From NCBI GenBank assembly GCA_011109175.1, contig RDEW01000063.1, positions 100,965 to 164,964 on the forward strand: a stretch of 64,000 nucleotides of DNA. Reading direction: 5' to 3'. Shown here piece by piece: positions 10,051 through 23,587 of the stretch. This stretch comes from Dicyema japonicum. Lineage: Eukaryota > Animalia > Dicyemida. A program made the translations under genes and the position numbers. Within the stretch, counting starts at the first letter, position 1; the number at the start of each line of letters is the position of its first letter. Below the pieces are notes generated by a model, which did not search any database, was not told where the DNA came from, and was given only the letters and a program-made list of their open reading frames with translations.

Positions 10051-12344
10051 TTTTTCATTAAAAACTTACAAAAATAACTGATAAGACAAGAAAGACGTCA
10101 CACAAAGTTTAAATTTAAATTATTTTTAAATTAATTTTATTTTAACTAAATTTTATTTATTTAAATTTAAAGTAAGTCTATTCTTAAGTCATGTTACCGT
10201 CCTTCATGTGGTTCGCCTTGTCAGGTGGCGTCAGATACAAGCCAAAAGTGTATCCAAAAAGAACCATTTGTAAACGACCACCCAGAGGAGTTCCCCTTTT
10301 TTGGTTCATAAAATTAAATTCATTAAAATTCTGTTAATCGAACGGAAAGGCAAATAAACTAGAATCTACTGCCCACGGCATTCACGATAATTTAGTCTAG
10401 AGATTGCGGACATTCAGGATGACAAACTCCTTCTCCGATGGTTAAAATCTGGTTGTTTTTTTTATTGAATTTCAGTTATATTGATGGCGAAAGACTTGAG
10501 TTTAGAAGACTGCCACAAAATCATTTAATTGATCGACAAACAGTTCAAAACAAACAGTAATGGACTTTTGACTGAGTTGAAGCGAAAATATTGTCCTCGA
10601 TTGATCTGATTGACAGGTCAATCTAAAGGTCTCTGAATATTTCTCCTACTCTCTCGAAATGGTCTTTTTCATGCCTAACTTTGTTTTCATGTTTTAATAT
10701 TTCATGACTATTTTTATGGAAAATTGTAAATTGGTTTACCTTCGTCTCCCTGATTCCGCTTCGAGTTATATTTGCCTGTTTGAACGAATCTTTCAACGCT
10801 CGGTCACTCACTGAGCTTCCTGAGATCTCTAGTCTCACGGTACTCACTTAATTGGAAGGATCCAAATATTTAATTGTGACCTCAAATTCTACTCGACTTT
10901 TCTGACTATGGTAGATTTGGAAAATTATTTTACTTCCCGAGTTTTCGATGTTGTAAATAACTTCTTATTGTGTCAGTAATACCCAATGGACAGATTGTTT
11001 ATAGGATCTAAGAAAAGAGGTGGATTGATGGTTCTGATTTGTTGTAAAAATTACTTCGTCAATCATGTGGTTGGTCTCACCATTGATGTGCATGATTCTT
11101 AGTTTGTTTGAATTTTAATGGTTTTATAATTTTTACGATGTCGAATTTTTTTTATGTTTATTTTACTGTTTCCTAATGGTGTGAACACTATAATTTGATT
11201 CACTATGGCTTTTTGGCCTAAGATTTATTAACCATCGGAGAAACATCATTTTTGTTGTGGATTAGCGTGCCTTCATGTAGTCCATGTTTTAGTGACCATT
11301 CTATGTCATTATTGCATAAAATATAACATTTCACCTTTGCCGCTTCATTAGAGCACAACGATTAAGTTCCAAAAAATGTTACCTAATTGACTTTTATGAG
11401 GTTCCCGGTGGACTTGCAATTATATTCGACTGAAATCTGATTTTCTTATAAAAATTGGATTTTAAAAATTAATTTGTACTCTGAAGTTCTGATCAGGAAA
11501 GTTGGTTACTTGCCAATTTATTCGACTATTTTATCGAAGAATTCATAATAGAAGATCAAAATATTCTGGGCTTCATAAGGAATCCATTCACGCAGAAGAT
11601 TGAATATTTTTATGTTATCCTGCGAGAGACAAGACATTTGCATTTATGGTTAACATGATTAGACCTATTTTTCTTGTATAAAATTCGTGACTCGTTGCTT
11701 ACTTGATGTGTTGGAAAAGAGTCGCAAACTTAAAATTCCGCAATCATGGAAGTGTGGATGGTGTCGTGCTCCTTTCCTGCTGACACGTATAGGAAAATTC
11801 TGGACCAGATCTTATCATAATACAAGTTAACATTATTGGTATCCGGGTGACAATCAACGAACTACAACGTTTTCTTTTCAGACATTAAGTGAATAAATAG
11901 CTCTCTTTGAAGAGACAAATCTTAATCCACGACAGACAAGCTATATGATTCCCTATGCGATTATTAATCATGGATAGAGACAAGTTGGGGACCAAGGGGA
12001 GAGATACCCGACTATTGATTAAAATGTAGATTAATGCCTTGTTTAATGAAAATAAATTTAGACACTATTGGAGATCTGTACATTCAACGAAATCAACAGC
12101 AGATTCCCTAAAAGCCTAAGAATACTGAAGATAATATTAGAAGAGGTCGAAGTCCAGTGAAAAGATGTTAACATACTCGTGAATCTTTGTGTTATCAATA
12201 CTAACTCATACTAACCCAATTAAAGTATTATTGAGATAACGACAGTAGTCAATCATTAATGACACTTCGTCAATCAAAAACGACAATAGTCAATCAATAC
12301 GATATTATTATCTATTTAAGCACTTCACGAGAGCCATACTAATT

Positions 12345-12447
12345 ATAGCCCCGCAGGCGCAGCAAAAGAAACAAGGTTAGATGTCATCCTTTTCCATGCT
12401 CCCCTGTTCCTAGCCAAGGCTCTCATGTTGTCCAGGTCGTCGGCATT
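12345..12447 (-). mobile_element. RTE LINE, extreme 3' fragment
   Basis: ADDLDNMRALARNRGAWKRM matches the RTE C-terminus. Confidence 0.7.
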
Positions 12448-14639
12448 TATTAGACTTTTTTTAATTCAATACGATACTGGACAGAATATTCTCACTTTCA
12501 TTACAGTGAACAATTATAACTACATACTTCTATCATAAAGTCATTAAAACCATTCCGTAACGACTAGCCACACTCCCTTAACGTGTCGTTTGAATAGAGA
12601 AATTGCAGGTTTGAGTACCCATAATTTTGTAGAGTAACATATTTTATTAATATTTTGACTTCACACTATTTGCTTTAAGTAATAAGTGGATCATGTATTT
12701 AACTATTGTTTTACCTATATATTTTACATTACGGAATCATGAAACCTCCTGGTTCTGCACAGAACCACATATACCTGTCGGATTTTGGGAGAGTCCGCTC
12801 TTGGCTGTAACGTTTTTGTTAGCCTAGTTGTCAGCTGATGTCTATACAGAAATTGAAAAACCATTTATCAGAACAAGTTGTCTAGATGATTCTGCAATGT
12901 TTCCATTGCACTCTTTGTGATAAAAGTGGAAGAGGGCGAACCTACTTCTCCAACTCTCTTCGGTATCGGTAGTTTATAATAGATTATTTGAGTTGCATTA
13001 GGTCGGCACAAGCTGATGTTCTCCCTGGGGTTCCTTCCTTTATAAAAAATGAATAAAATAAAATTATTACAAAGATCAAAGGTAAAACCAAACTAATTAT
13101 TTTTTTATCCTGACGCGATCTACCAGAACACTGACCAAAAAAGGTAATCCAGAGGACGTTATCTAGGCGTTGAGATAGATCACAAAACTCTCTTCAGTGA
13201 TTTTTTAAGAGCTTCTTCAGTTTTGTAAGTTTGGCTTTAATATGGGTAATCTAATTGCTCTTCTTTCGGGTACGTTGTAAGATAATAATCATATACACCA
13301 GCTGTCAAGAATAAACAATATCAATGATATTGTTATATTTGTTGGTGGAGACGACATTATTGATTCCGACCTTAGAACATTCTTTCTTGAAGTTGCTACA
13401 GTACTTAGTTTTCAGACAATCGCTATGGATTAACTTCACCTGACGAATTTGGAGGTATATCTCACTAATAGCATCTCTGTATATGATTTTCCGATTTTGT
13501 ACGTATTTCCAAGTTTCCCGATCCATTTGAGAGGTAGGACACTTTGGTTTAGATTTCACAAAACTCTTTAGGTTTGTACGGACTTCAACGTATGAAATTT
13601 ATTATTGAAGGCTTTCGTTATTAGAGGTTTGCTCCTAGTGGTAGTCTTCAAATCTAGCATGAAGTACTAGAGAAACTTCAGATACCAAATCAACTTTGTC
13701 CTCCCTATTCACCTGGTCGATAATCACCTGCAGAGATATGATATTTACCCAACTTTCCGGTTGAGAAATTCGAATGGGCAGTCTTGTACCCATTCTTGTA
13801 CTACGAAGAGTTGTCGGACCACATCAGATGCGTTCTTATTGTTTTGTATATCCGGTTCATTCGCAGGTAGGTAGTGTTCACTTTATTTGTAAAAAAAGAC
13901 TTTTTCATCACAACAAGAAATTATTAACGAGATCCTTATGTTTAATTTTAAAGAATAGATCATTTTGTAATATTCCCAAAGTGATATAAACAACTAAGAT
14001 GATCTCGTGATTTTTGTCATTTTATCTTAAGATTTAAAAAAACATGTAAAGTCTTTACTTAAGAGGTTGGGATAGCGAATTCGTTTCCACGATTTGTTTG
14101 AATATGGGTCACCATAGATCACAGAATCGTTTTAATTAATTTTATTTTTAAGTTTTTTTAATTCTTAAAAAATTTAATTAATGTTTTTATTTTATTACAA
14201 TTTATATATTTGATCTTGTGGGCTAATAAGTAATGTAATGAAAATCTTATAACGATTCCTCAGCCAAAAGGTTAATCAAATGTTAAGTAAGCCGTTTAAA
14301 TGATTGTTTAGTATACAGGTTTTCCATTTCTTCTTCATCAGATCAACAATTTCAAACGGACTTGATCGATGTCATAAATTTGAGTACTTCAAAGAAAGAT
14401 TAAAATTGAACTTTAACTGAAGTTGATATTTACATTGAATATGCGATTTATAGAAATGACAAATAAATCTGGAGTAAATAGTTAGAGTTATAAAAATAAA
14501 ATTTACATGCATTTTCCGAAATCTGCTATCAAGTCGGATTTTGCCAATTTTTATATTGTTTTTGCTTAGGGAATTATATTATTATAGGCACGTACGCAAT
14601 GCCAAGATCATGACAAAGCATGTGCAACACGAAAAGTTA

Positions 14640-14900
14640 ACAATCTAATTAACGTCGCCCATCTTTTTCGTTCCGTTGCCATGTTCCGTAGCATATCTAG
14701 ATCGTCCCATCTTTAAGGCACTTTCCAATCTTCCTAGATCTTCATCTAGAATAACCGGCAGTGTTGTCCTCGGTCTGTCGCGGAAACGAAAAGCTTATAA
14801 GACAAAATACTCCTCCATTGCTATGTTGGTAGGGTCCCCATATCGTGGCGGAGTATGTTTCCAAAGAGCCTCTATCTTGATAAGGAATTATAGACAGATT
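14640..14900 (-). mobile_element. Old RTE 3' fragment inside the duplicated cassette (also 54640-54900 on + and 63250-63500 on -)
   Basis: RLFGNILRH...NIAMEEYF...RPRTTLPVILDEDLG motif in frameshifted translation. Confidence 0.7.
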
Positions 14901-15406
14901 TAATAAAACTCTGACGAAAAATCTGTCTAAATTGATGACAGAAAATGGTACTAAAAATTGAAAACAATTTTCAACTAAGATAACTTTTATTAACAACACA
15001 ACACCGAATGCTTTCACCCAATGAAACGGCATTCAGAATATAAGAGGCACTTCAGGGATAATACAGTAATTTTTCCAACAATTACAAAGTTGTTATTTTA
15101 TGTGTGGAAATACTTTTGGCAGTAAAATACCGAAAGATGACACATTTGTGAATACATTCTTCTAAAAGTCCACGATTGTAGATATCTGTTTTGGAATATT
15201 CCAATTGAATGAACAGCTGCACATTATCAAAAGCGACTCCAAATCCACTTGATCGGGATATTTTAGGAGCATCTTCATAATTTCGAAAACATCAAGGATT
15301 TTTGGTATTCTTTTGTTATAATTGACAAAATTAAAAATTTTGTAAGATTTTAGAATATCGACTGTATTTCAAATAATTATATAAATTCAAATAAATTGAA
15401 GACCGT

Positions 15407-16618
15407 TTAACGAATTAATATTAGTAGTACAAAGCTTAATGGAATGCTTTCTTGTATTTCAGTATGTGATTTCGGTTTGAGATAAATAGCGACAATGACA
15501 CACGTGATATTAGTCCAATAACTCCGAACACGATTCCAATTATTTGATTTTTCGTCAGTTTTTTTATGGCTTTTATTTCAATCGTTAATTGTTCTTCAAA
15601 GCATCCTTCATCTAAAATTCAAACAAATTCAGTAACCGTCTCCAATAAATTGAAAACTCAAATCATTGCGGAAAAATTGTATTTTAAGAGATGAAATTTC
15701 GATAGTCACATTTTTATAGCTTTGTGAGATGAATCCACATTGATAATATCCTCCCAATTTAATTATTTTAAAATTTTTTTCCAGTGAAACGCATTTATTT
15801 CTGTTAATACCAACACAAACAGAAAATCTATAAATACGATATTTATTCCAGATTGTTTAAATGCCGCAATAGTTATAGTAGTATGACTACTTTTCAATGT
15901 ATATTCATAGTTAATATATTTATAGTCAGTATATTTACTTTTTATCATATTATACTCATAATCACTGAAATGCTCATCTGTTTTCTAAGAATTTATGCAA
16001 ACGTGTACAATTTTGTTATTGTCAATATATGATATTTTGATAAGTCCGTTTATTACTGCTCTGATTTTCTTTTGGTTAAATAAAAACCAAATCGGCGTAT
16101 TTGGGTCGTTATTTGGGTTACAGTCATTAGCTAAATAAATTTTAATAAAAACCTTTTCCAGTAAAATAGTATAATCTACCATTAAACTGATATTGCAACT
16201 TGTTTGAATAAATGTAAGAGATAATTATTCGAAAAATAATATGAGTATAACCACATCGGTAGTATCCCCATATTAGTGTTGGATCTTTGTGATATTAGTA
16301 TAACGTTACCAGCTTAAGTACATCAAAAAAACGTACCATAAACAACTTCTTTACTAAGTCAATAGTATAAAACTCATTGTAGAAGTATGGAATAAGTTTA
16401 AATTTTATGAGAAAAAAACAAATCGTACCATTAGTTTCCATACATCTATATGTTTCTCGGAAAGTAAATTGATAAACTATATTCCTAAAGTTAACGAAAT
16501 ATATACTAGAAGGATTATAAATGACATATGAATCAATTAATATATATCTCTCATCACATTTTATTTTGACTATTTTGCTAAACAGTATAATTATGATATA
16601 ATGAATAGTTCTGTTCAT
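15407..16618 (-). pseudogene. Type I membrane protein family, copy A
   Basis: Same exon structure as copy B. GT-AG introns at 16485-16506 (22 nt), 16313-16336 (24), 15985-16008 (24), 15612-15636 (25). N-terminal hydrophobic leader and C-terminal TM (IIGIVFGVIGLI). Several frameshifts. Confidence 0.75.
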
Positions 16619-16750
16619 GTAATCTAAATTTTATTAGGTCAAATTTTGTTTTATTTAAATTTGTATTTTAATTGTTAGATTTAATTATAATTTATATTTC
16701 TATATTTCATTACCATTTTTATTAAATATCTTTAATTATAGAAAATATAG

Positions 16751-17867
16751 TGAGTAGTCCAACTAAGTGAGCGTATCCTAATGCGAATGCACGACACCCT
16801 GATAGCTGGGTCAAGTGTGTCTCCTAGGAAGTACGCCATAATAACGACCGAGAAAACACAGGCAACCCACCTAGGCACTATCAGACTTTTTTTGTCTGCT
16901 AAGTATGGTGTTTATGATGGTGGGCTAGTAATATGAAGGCGTTGATCGAATTACAATGTAATAATTTGATGGAAAAGATCAACTTAAAAACCCTTCATAT
17001 GGTCCTTTTCAGAGCATTGGACAATCCACATGTCGACCTTAATAGGTCGACAATATGCTAAACGGTGACAACTCACCTCGATCGGAGGCGCTGTACACGT
17101 ATTTGCAAGACCGCAATATTTTTTGGGGTCAATCAACAACTACATGTCCCCACTGTAAGTCAAGGAGTATGTCGGTTGATAATTTAGCCATTCGATGTAG
17201 ATCCATGCTCTGCCACGACGGTGTATGGAGCATAACGAGGTAGTAAGGAGTCTTCATCTTCTACTATGCAATAAGTATGGTATTAGCCACACCAGAAAGT
17301 TGCGGACTCATAAGGTGCAATCTGTAGTAGAGAACACCTGGGTCCAAATTAAAGTAGACAGTGTTATCCGTACCTCAGTGATAGTCACCACAATAAACCG
17401 GACATTGTGGTACGCGATAAAGAGTCTGGCCAAGTCCTTATCATAGAGGTAGACATCACGTCTCAAGACCGTTTTCAGACTTTGGAGGTGGAGAAAAAAA
17501 GGAAGTATGACTTTCTTGCAAACAAGATGGGGCAGATTCTTGGTTGCAAGGTCCTCGTTATTCCTATAGTAATAACGTGGGAAGGAATTGCAACAAAGTA
17601 CCACAAGGGTTATCTGAAGCAGTTGGGGGTAGATATGAAGCTCCAGGCCTATCTACTGTCCACTGTGTTATTGCGGATCTTAGAAAACCTGACACTGGAG
17701 ATTAGGAGGCAGAGCCCTGAGATGCCATATGGGCAGAGGGTTCAATTGGACAAGGCGCTTTCGGTGTTGTTTCAGCAACCGGAATCAAACCTGCCTGAGG
17801 AGGCTGGCGAGGAAGGTTGTTGATTATTAAATATATTAACTTTTTTTATTGTATGTTAAATAAAGTG
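16751..17867 (+). mobile_element. R2-superfamily (R4/NeSL-like) LINE, 5'-truncated insertion with target-site duplication
   Basis: CPHCK...VDNLAIRC zinc-knuckle relic, RHNEVV, KPDIVVRDK..IIEV.IT...EVEKKRKYD. Flanked by AGAAAATATAG at 16740-16750 and 17868-17878. Confidence 0.9.
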
Positions 17868-19224
17868 AGAAAATATAGTTAACATTATCAATTTCTCTTT
17901 CTAACTATTCCTTCATTACTCAACAACGTGAGAATCTTGAACAATAATTCTAGCTTTTATCACTATGCCGCTCCGAATCCTATCGTTTCAAAATCAGCTA
18001 TAAAAATCGGCAAAATACGTAAATTTGAAAAAAAACCCACGTCTCTTTAAATTCTTATTAAAGCTTAACAATTGGATTCAGAAAAGCAGTTGTACAATGA
18101 AGGAACACAGCAAAAATTTTTCATTCATGTCGAGGTTTTTTAATTAATGGTTTAACTCCTTCTTTCTTGATGTTTCCTTTTTCGATGTTAGATAATAATA
18201 AGTGGTTAGTGCGTTCACTCACGATTGGCTGTGAGTTAGATTTTTACACTTTTACCTACATTAACAAAGATTATTTTCTTTTTTGCTTTCTCTATTTCTT
18301 AAGCATCGATAGGGTTCCACAAAATCGAGAAACGCTTTTCATCTTTACTCCGTGTTTGATTGGCTATTCATCTTCTATCCGTGATTGCAAAAACCAGAGA
18401 ATCCAAAAGCTAATAAATAGCGACAACAAAAAATGGACGCTGCTCCTCAAACCACTAAAAAATCTAAGGCGAACTGAGTTGACTCCTGTATTGACTTTTT
18501 TATAAAAATATCAATGAGTAGGAAGAAAATGAGAATTTTGCTTTAACGAAGATGAACATCGCCCAATTTATATAAATTGGTTACAAAGTGTGTTAATAGA
18601 AAATCGACAGATCTATTGAAGCACACCATCTGATTTTAATTAGTTCCCAGAATAGGATCTATTTTAAATCCATAGCAACTTCACATCTGACTTCTTGTTC
18701 TCAGATCTAAATAATCTTTGAAGTGACAGGAAACTAGCTTGAGTTCTCCGAAAGGTACAATCTCCCGAAAAAAATAGGACCAATACTCATCGAAGGGGTT
18801 AACAATTAAATCAATTGCTTCCTATTGGATTTCAACCTTGACAACCATCGCAATACATAATCCATGATGCGAATAGTCAACATTGATGAGGTCTTAACCA
18901 GCAGTCTTGTTATTTCAGAGAATATAATTGTTAATATAATTCCAACTGGAGAGAGATTGAAGATCTACTACTGGAGCTTGTAAAGACCTCAGTTCTGGAA
19001 GCATTGCCAAGCCAAAATTATTCAAAATTTTTATTGTATATTGAAGTTTTTCTATATTAGTTTCTATTAATACTTAATTTTATTTTTTTCCATATGATCC
19101 GATGATAGTTTATCTTTCAGCAGCTTTATATACGATTAATTAATCACTAGCGTCTGAGAAAAATTCATTTCACGGCATTCTTCGATTAATGTTATTAAAC
19201 CCACCTTCATTGTTAATATTTCTT

Positions 19225-19468
19225 TGCGATAATTCAATATTCGAGGGAGGATCAAAAAAATGCTTTCACTTCTTTGTTTTCATATCTTGGGTGTATGTTT
19301 TTTTATAGACGATCCGGTTCCGCAGTGAAGTTCATTGATGACGGAGCCACTCGTCAAGTCAAAGCATATTGATGCGTGGAACTTTCAACCGAAATGTGCA
19401 GTATCGTGATTCGAACTAGCGACCTTCAGGCCTCTTGACCAGCAACCGTCACACAACGCCACCCGCCC
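19225..19468 (-). mobile_element. tRNA-derived SINE, copy 2
   Basis: Head with A-box-like TGGCGTTGTGTG and B-box GTTCGAATC (19408-19416). Body (gaaagttccacgcat...cttgacgagtg...ttcactgcg...caaagaagtgaa) is homologous to 29733-30054. Confidence 0.7.
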
Positions 19469-19849
19469 TGGAAAAACAAGGCATCATACTCTTATGTATT
19501 AGATGCTGACCACTACATCTAAATTCAAAGATAACTCTAATGAGATATCTCAAAAAAATACTTTCCGAGGTAGTGAAGCTGACAAAGTCTTGAGAGATGA
19601 AGATCACTTGTGTTTATTGTCTTAGTAGCTTTCTTATTGTCTTAGTGTAACAGATTATCCAGGCGTGTCTTAGTAGCTTACTCGTCATTCCCAGTGTTTT
19701 TTTGATCTGACGCACTTTCTGTACGTTTGTGCTGCATGTAGATCAATAGAATATGTCATTCAAGATTCCTTCCAATAAGGAACCTCAGGTTTTAACAAGA
19801 CTATCTTAGACACTTCTTGAATCAGACAACCTAGTCGCGTACAGGTAAA

Positions 19850-20215
19850 GATTCTTCAGTTACCTCTTGATAAATCCAATCCAAATACAATGCAGACACA
19901 TCCTCATCAAAGTAATCCGAAGACTCGTTTGGGACGTACTACTGGATAGCCCTCCTCTTATTGTGGATGACTGGGAGACTAGCATCGACAGAAAAACGAG
20001 ATTACATAGCACAATTACAGTCTGGAAAATTCCTTCTAAAAGACAAATTAAGCTCTTGGCATCTTCCACCGGACCAGTTATCATTGATTCTTCAAGAAGT
20101 ATTCTCCTGTCCGGAACCTCCGGTGAACATCAGAGACATGATGAAACGTCCAGCATTAGCTGCTGAACGCCTGAGGACAGTTGGGTTTTTCAAGGTAGCG
20201 AGGTCGAGGTTAATT
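19850..20215 (+). mobile_element. I/Jockey-like LINE, 3' fragment
   Basis: AQLQSG...VFSCPEPPVNIRDMMKRP resembles the QLRSG...LFxCP...DLWxxP C-terminus of I/Jockey-type RT proteins. Homologous to 52330-52708. Confidence 0.55.
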
Positions 20216-20619
20216 GGCACCTGAATAATAATTTGAATGTCTCAATGATTGTGACTTCCATTACATCAGAGTGATTTTAATGAAGACCTTAGCAGACTTT
20301 CTAGTGTTTTATGAAAGCCTTCAAAAAGTTTAGTTTTCATTGTGAGGAGATGGTGTTGTTAATTGTTTAGAAACACTGCATCATCGCTGCTAAATGTAGG
20401 AATATCGTTCAGGAAGAGGTTCTACACGATAAGTGACAGAGGAGATCTTACTGGACGAAGTTTAGCATACACTTACGTATTTTGTAGAACATGCTACTAC
20501 ACTCCGCTCAGTTCATTAGGAAGTTACGATCCATATTTTAAATTTTTCTGAATGTCAGAAACAAAGGGGTTACTTGTAAAATTCTATGAGCATTTCAGGA
20601 GATATTTAAAAGTTTTCTT

Positions 20620-21293
20620 CTCTAACTGATCAAAGAATCGTGAATTTTAAAAACTCATCGATGTAAGTCAAGTCACATGAATTTTTTTCTCCACAAATTG
20701 ATTTGAATTTCAGTTCATGTCGCTTTTTAAATCTGTCAAGCCAGCCGTTTAAAGCTTTGAAAGTATCAAATCCAATTTTTGAAGCCGTAAATAAAGCAAT
20801 TTTCTTTATGAAAGGACTTGATATTGGACCTTATCTTCGCGTAGATTCTGAAATATTTCTAAAACTTGATCATCGAATTTAGATTTCTCACAATAAGGCA
20901 TAAGATTCTCATCCTTGTTCAGAAAAGGTACAATTGTTTTTTTTATTCGCGAAATCATGCCTTTACTAGTTTTGTATTTTTTATATCTGTCTTTCAAATA
21001 ATTTGTTCTTCAATATCAATTTCTCAATATCAATTTAGCAATCGTTAATTTTGTTTCGTAGTTAATAACCATTCACAACAAAAATGTAAATAAACGTGTT
21101 AATTAAAATTATATATTTTTAATAAAATATAATTTATTTACTTATATTTCATTCCCCATAATTTTATAGTGCCCCAAAATTTCCATATTTTTTATCGATT
21201 TTCCATTTTACTTTGCCAAAATGTTGGCCAAAAAAATGCCCCAAAATCCGAGGGTGCCCCACCCCTGGGTCTGCCCAATTCGGGGTCGGACTG
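20620..21293 (-). mobile_element. pogo/Tigger-like DNA transposon 5' part (CENP-B/Tc5 HTH plus one TIR)
   Basis: FKALNGWLDRFKKRHELKFKSICGE. TIR-like CAGTCCGACCCCGAATTGGG at 21274-21293 next to TA. No DDE domain found. Confidence 0.75.
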
Positions 21294-21686
21294 TATTGGT
21301 TTTTGATGTGCTTATGTATATACTGTTGCTTTGATTTGTAAAAGCTTTTTTCTAGTTTCAAAGAATTGTCTTCAATAATAAAATTTGTAATTTGTTCAAT
21401 TATTTCTGGTTATTTTTTTCTTAGAACTTTTAGCCCGTACATAATCATAGAAATCCAAATTTTCATCGGAATTTTATAATTTTATATTTTGCAGAAGGTG
21501 ATATATCAAATATTTTTTTCACAGGAATATCGTTTTTTAATCTTAGAATTTGATTAAATAAATCAAATGTGAGTTTTTTTTTTTCGGGTATTTACATTAT
21601 AAACATTGTCTTCCTCATGTTATTTATCGTTAATTTATATATTTTGCATTTTTATTTATAATATTGGGATCGTTATTTATCTTTTT

Positions 21687-22346
21687 ATTATTATAAAGCA
21701 CAACGTCTTGCCATTGGAAATGACAAAACCAGTGCAGTACCAAACATTAATCTTTTGGTTAATTTTCTCCACTTTCCACGATCCTGAGCCAAATCCCTCA
21801 AGTAATCCATATCACCAGCTATAAATAGGAGTGCGGAGTCGGCCAATTCTAAATATAAATCTGATAAATCTGAGTAGAATTCATCAAATAGAGCCGGATC
21901 TTTGTTAATCCAACCACTGTGAGGTGCGTATACATTGATAATGGAGACAATGTCAGTGCTTGCTTTGGCATTCATAAACTTCATTTATAAAACTCCGATG
22001 CGGTCATTAACTGACCATAATCTGTAGATATGGGGAAGAAATTCCATTTTGATGGCAATACCCAGTCCATAGTGCCTGTTGACAGTCCGGAGAAAGATCA
22101 CTTTAAATTTACCACATGTTTCGTCGTGGTTATCTTTGATTTTGGTTTCCTGTAGTTAACCGATTGCGACATCGTAATTATGTAGGTCTTGAGAGAAGGA
22201 GGTCCTTTTCCAAGAAGAGGTTAGGCATCGGTCGTTGAATGAGAACAGCGAGAATTTCTCCAAAAGATAAGGTTCGTACTTTTCAGACATGTTAATACTT
22301 AATTAGAGCCACGTCACCAGCTCAACCAAAACTTTTGAATTTTATC
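21687..22346 (-). mobile_element. Internally deleted RTE LINE with both ends, (TAA)n tail and TSD
   Basis: APE N-half (QETK, YGLGIAI, IINVYAPH, FIAGD) joined near 21810 to the RT C-terminal DYLRDLAQDRGKWRKL. Flanked by TTTATCTTTTT at 21676-21686 and 22347-22357. Confidence 0.8.
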
Positions 22347-23587
22347 TTTATCTTTTTGGGATTTGTATTTAAAATAATAGGATCATTAATTATCTCTCTG
22401 GATGCACTGTAATATTATTAAAAACACATATTTTCGTCTCTCTTCCTTGTACGTAAAATCGTCTGAAATTTCAAATATTTCTTCTACTGATTCATCTTCA
22501 GAAAATGCATTAATCATTCAATTTCATTTTTGCTTCTTGTTCCTGAAGAAATCCCCATGAAGACATTAAGCGGCATATGTCGGGATTTGCATGCATAGAA
22601 TTGTTATAATCGTTTACTAGCTTTAGGTATTTGAATATATCATTTCTAATAGCCAATATCCACTTCTTTATGGATTGGTTTAACCTAAAGATAATATATA
22701 TAACCTCTCTACTTGCCATGGTATCCTAGATGCTCTTGGACGACCAAAACTTGTTTCGTGCCAAATTCTTTTTAAACTTCGTCAAGTGTAGAATTTTGGT
22801 ATTCTTTTCCATTTTAGCTATGCACTAAGACTGGTGTTCGAATTACGCAGGATATCCCCTTTACTATGTTCGATATTTCAGATGCAGATTTTGAGGATCA
22901 ACAACACCAAATTTGCACAAAGAACATATCAGTACAAGAATCTTTTAATAAAATGAAATTAGACCAATATTAATCCTCGTTAAATTCCGAATATTTCATA
23001 AACTCAAAAGGATTTCTGTCACGTGGAGCATATGCTATTAATGGTGCAATTGTTGGTTTAGTTGACTTCAAACGCAGAGACTAAATTAATTACAAAGTTA
23101 AACCTGACAAAGAGCACACTCTTCTTTTTATCAAGCGTCACAGGTGGTCTTATTAATCTGTAGTGACTCTCTAGCTGGATGACTCTGGATGAAGACTCGT
23201 TACAGCGTTCCAGAACTTGTCTCCACGTAATGACATTTCCCCGGGGAGAATAGTTGGATCCTCTTGATGCCACACGGGCAAGGACGTCGACTAAGTTAGG
23301 TGGATCCATTGACGCCATCCCAAGGAAGAAAATAATTTATGACCAACCAGCACACAACATCACATGGTGTCACGCGGCCAAAAACTAAATTATATGATAT
23401 TTAAAAAAATTATAAATTTTTATCATCTTTATTTAAATAATAATTTAATTTAATAAGTTTTATGAAAGATATATAAATCATATTTTCACAATTAATTTAA
23501 GTACTGAAGTTTATTGGAAATTTATTTTTAATTTACGAGCAAGTCTTCAGCCAATGGCGTTTCCAGACTATGGGCGGGGACATAACA

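Larger units (their letters stand above)
6040..15410 (+). repeat. Large direct segmental duplication, copy 1 (partner ~56250-64000, continuing beyond the window)
   Basis: Collinear blocks: 6050-6810 with 56250-56950, 8065-11130 with 57420-61410, 12000-12160 with 61415-61570, 12895-15410 with 61575-64000. Each copy has its own indels. Confidence 0.85.
13665..16741 (-). repeat. ~3.1-kb cassette, inverted relative to 52776-55890
   Basis: Reverse complement aligns with 52776-55890 along its length. Contains the membrane-protein gene, a degenerate ORF and an old RTE 3' fragment. Confidence 0.9.

Noticed and set aside
22510-23050. piggyBac-like transposase relic (FWSS...MASR pattern)
   Set aside because: Only vague resemblance. 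No catalytic motifs, TTAA TSD or TIRs found.
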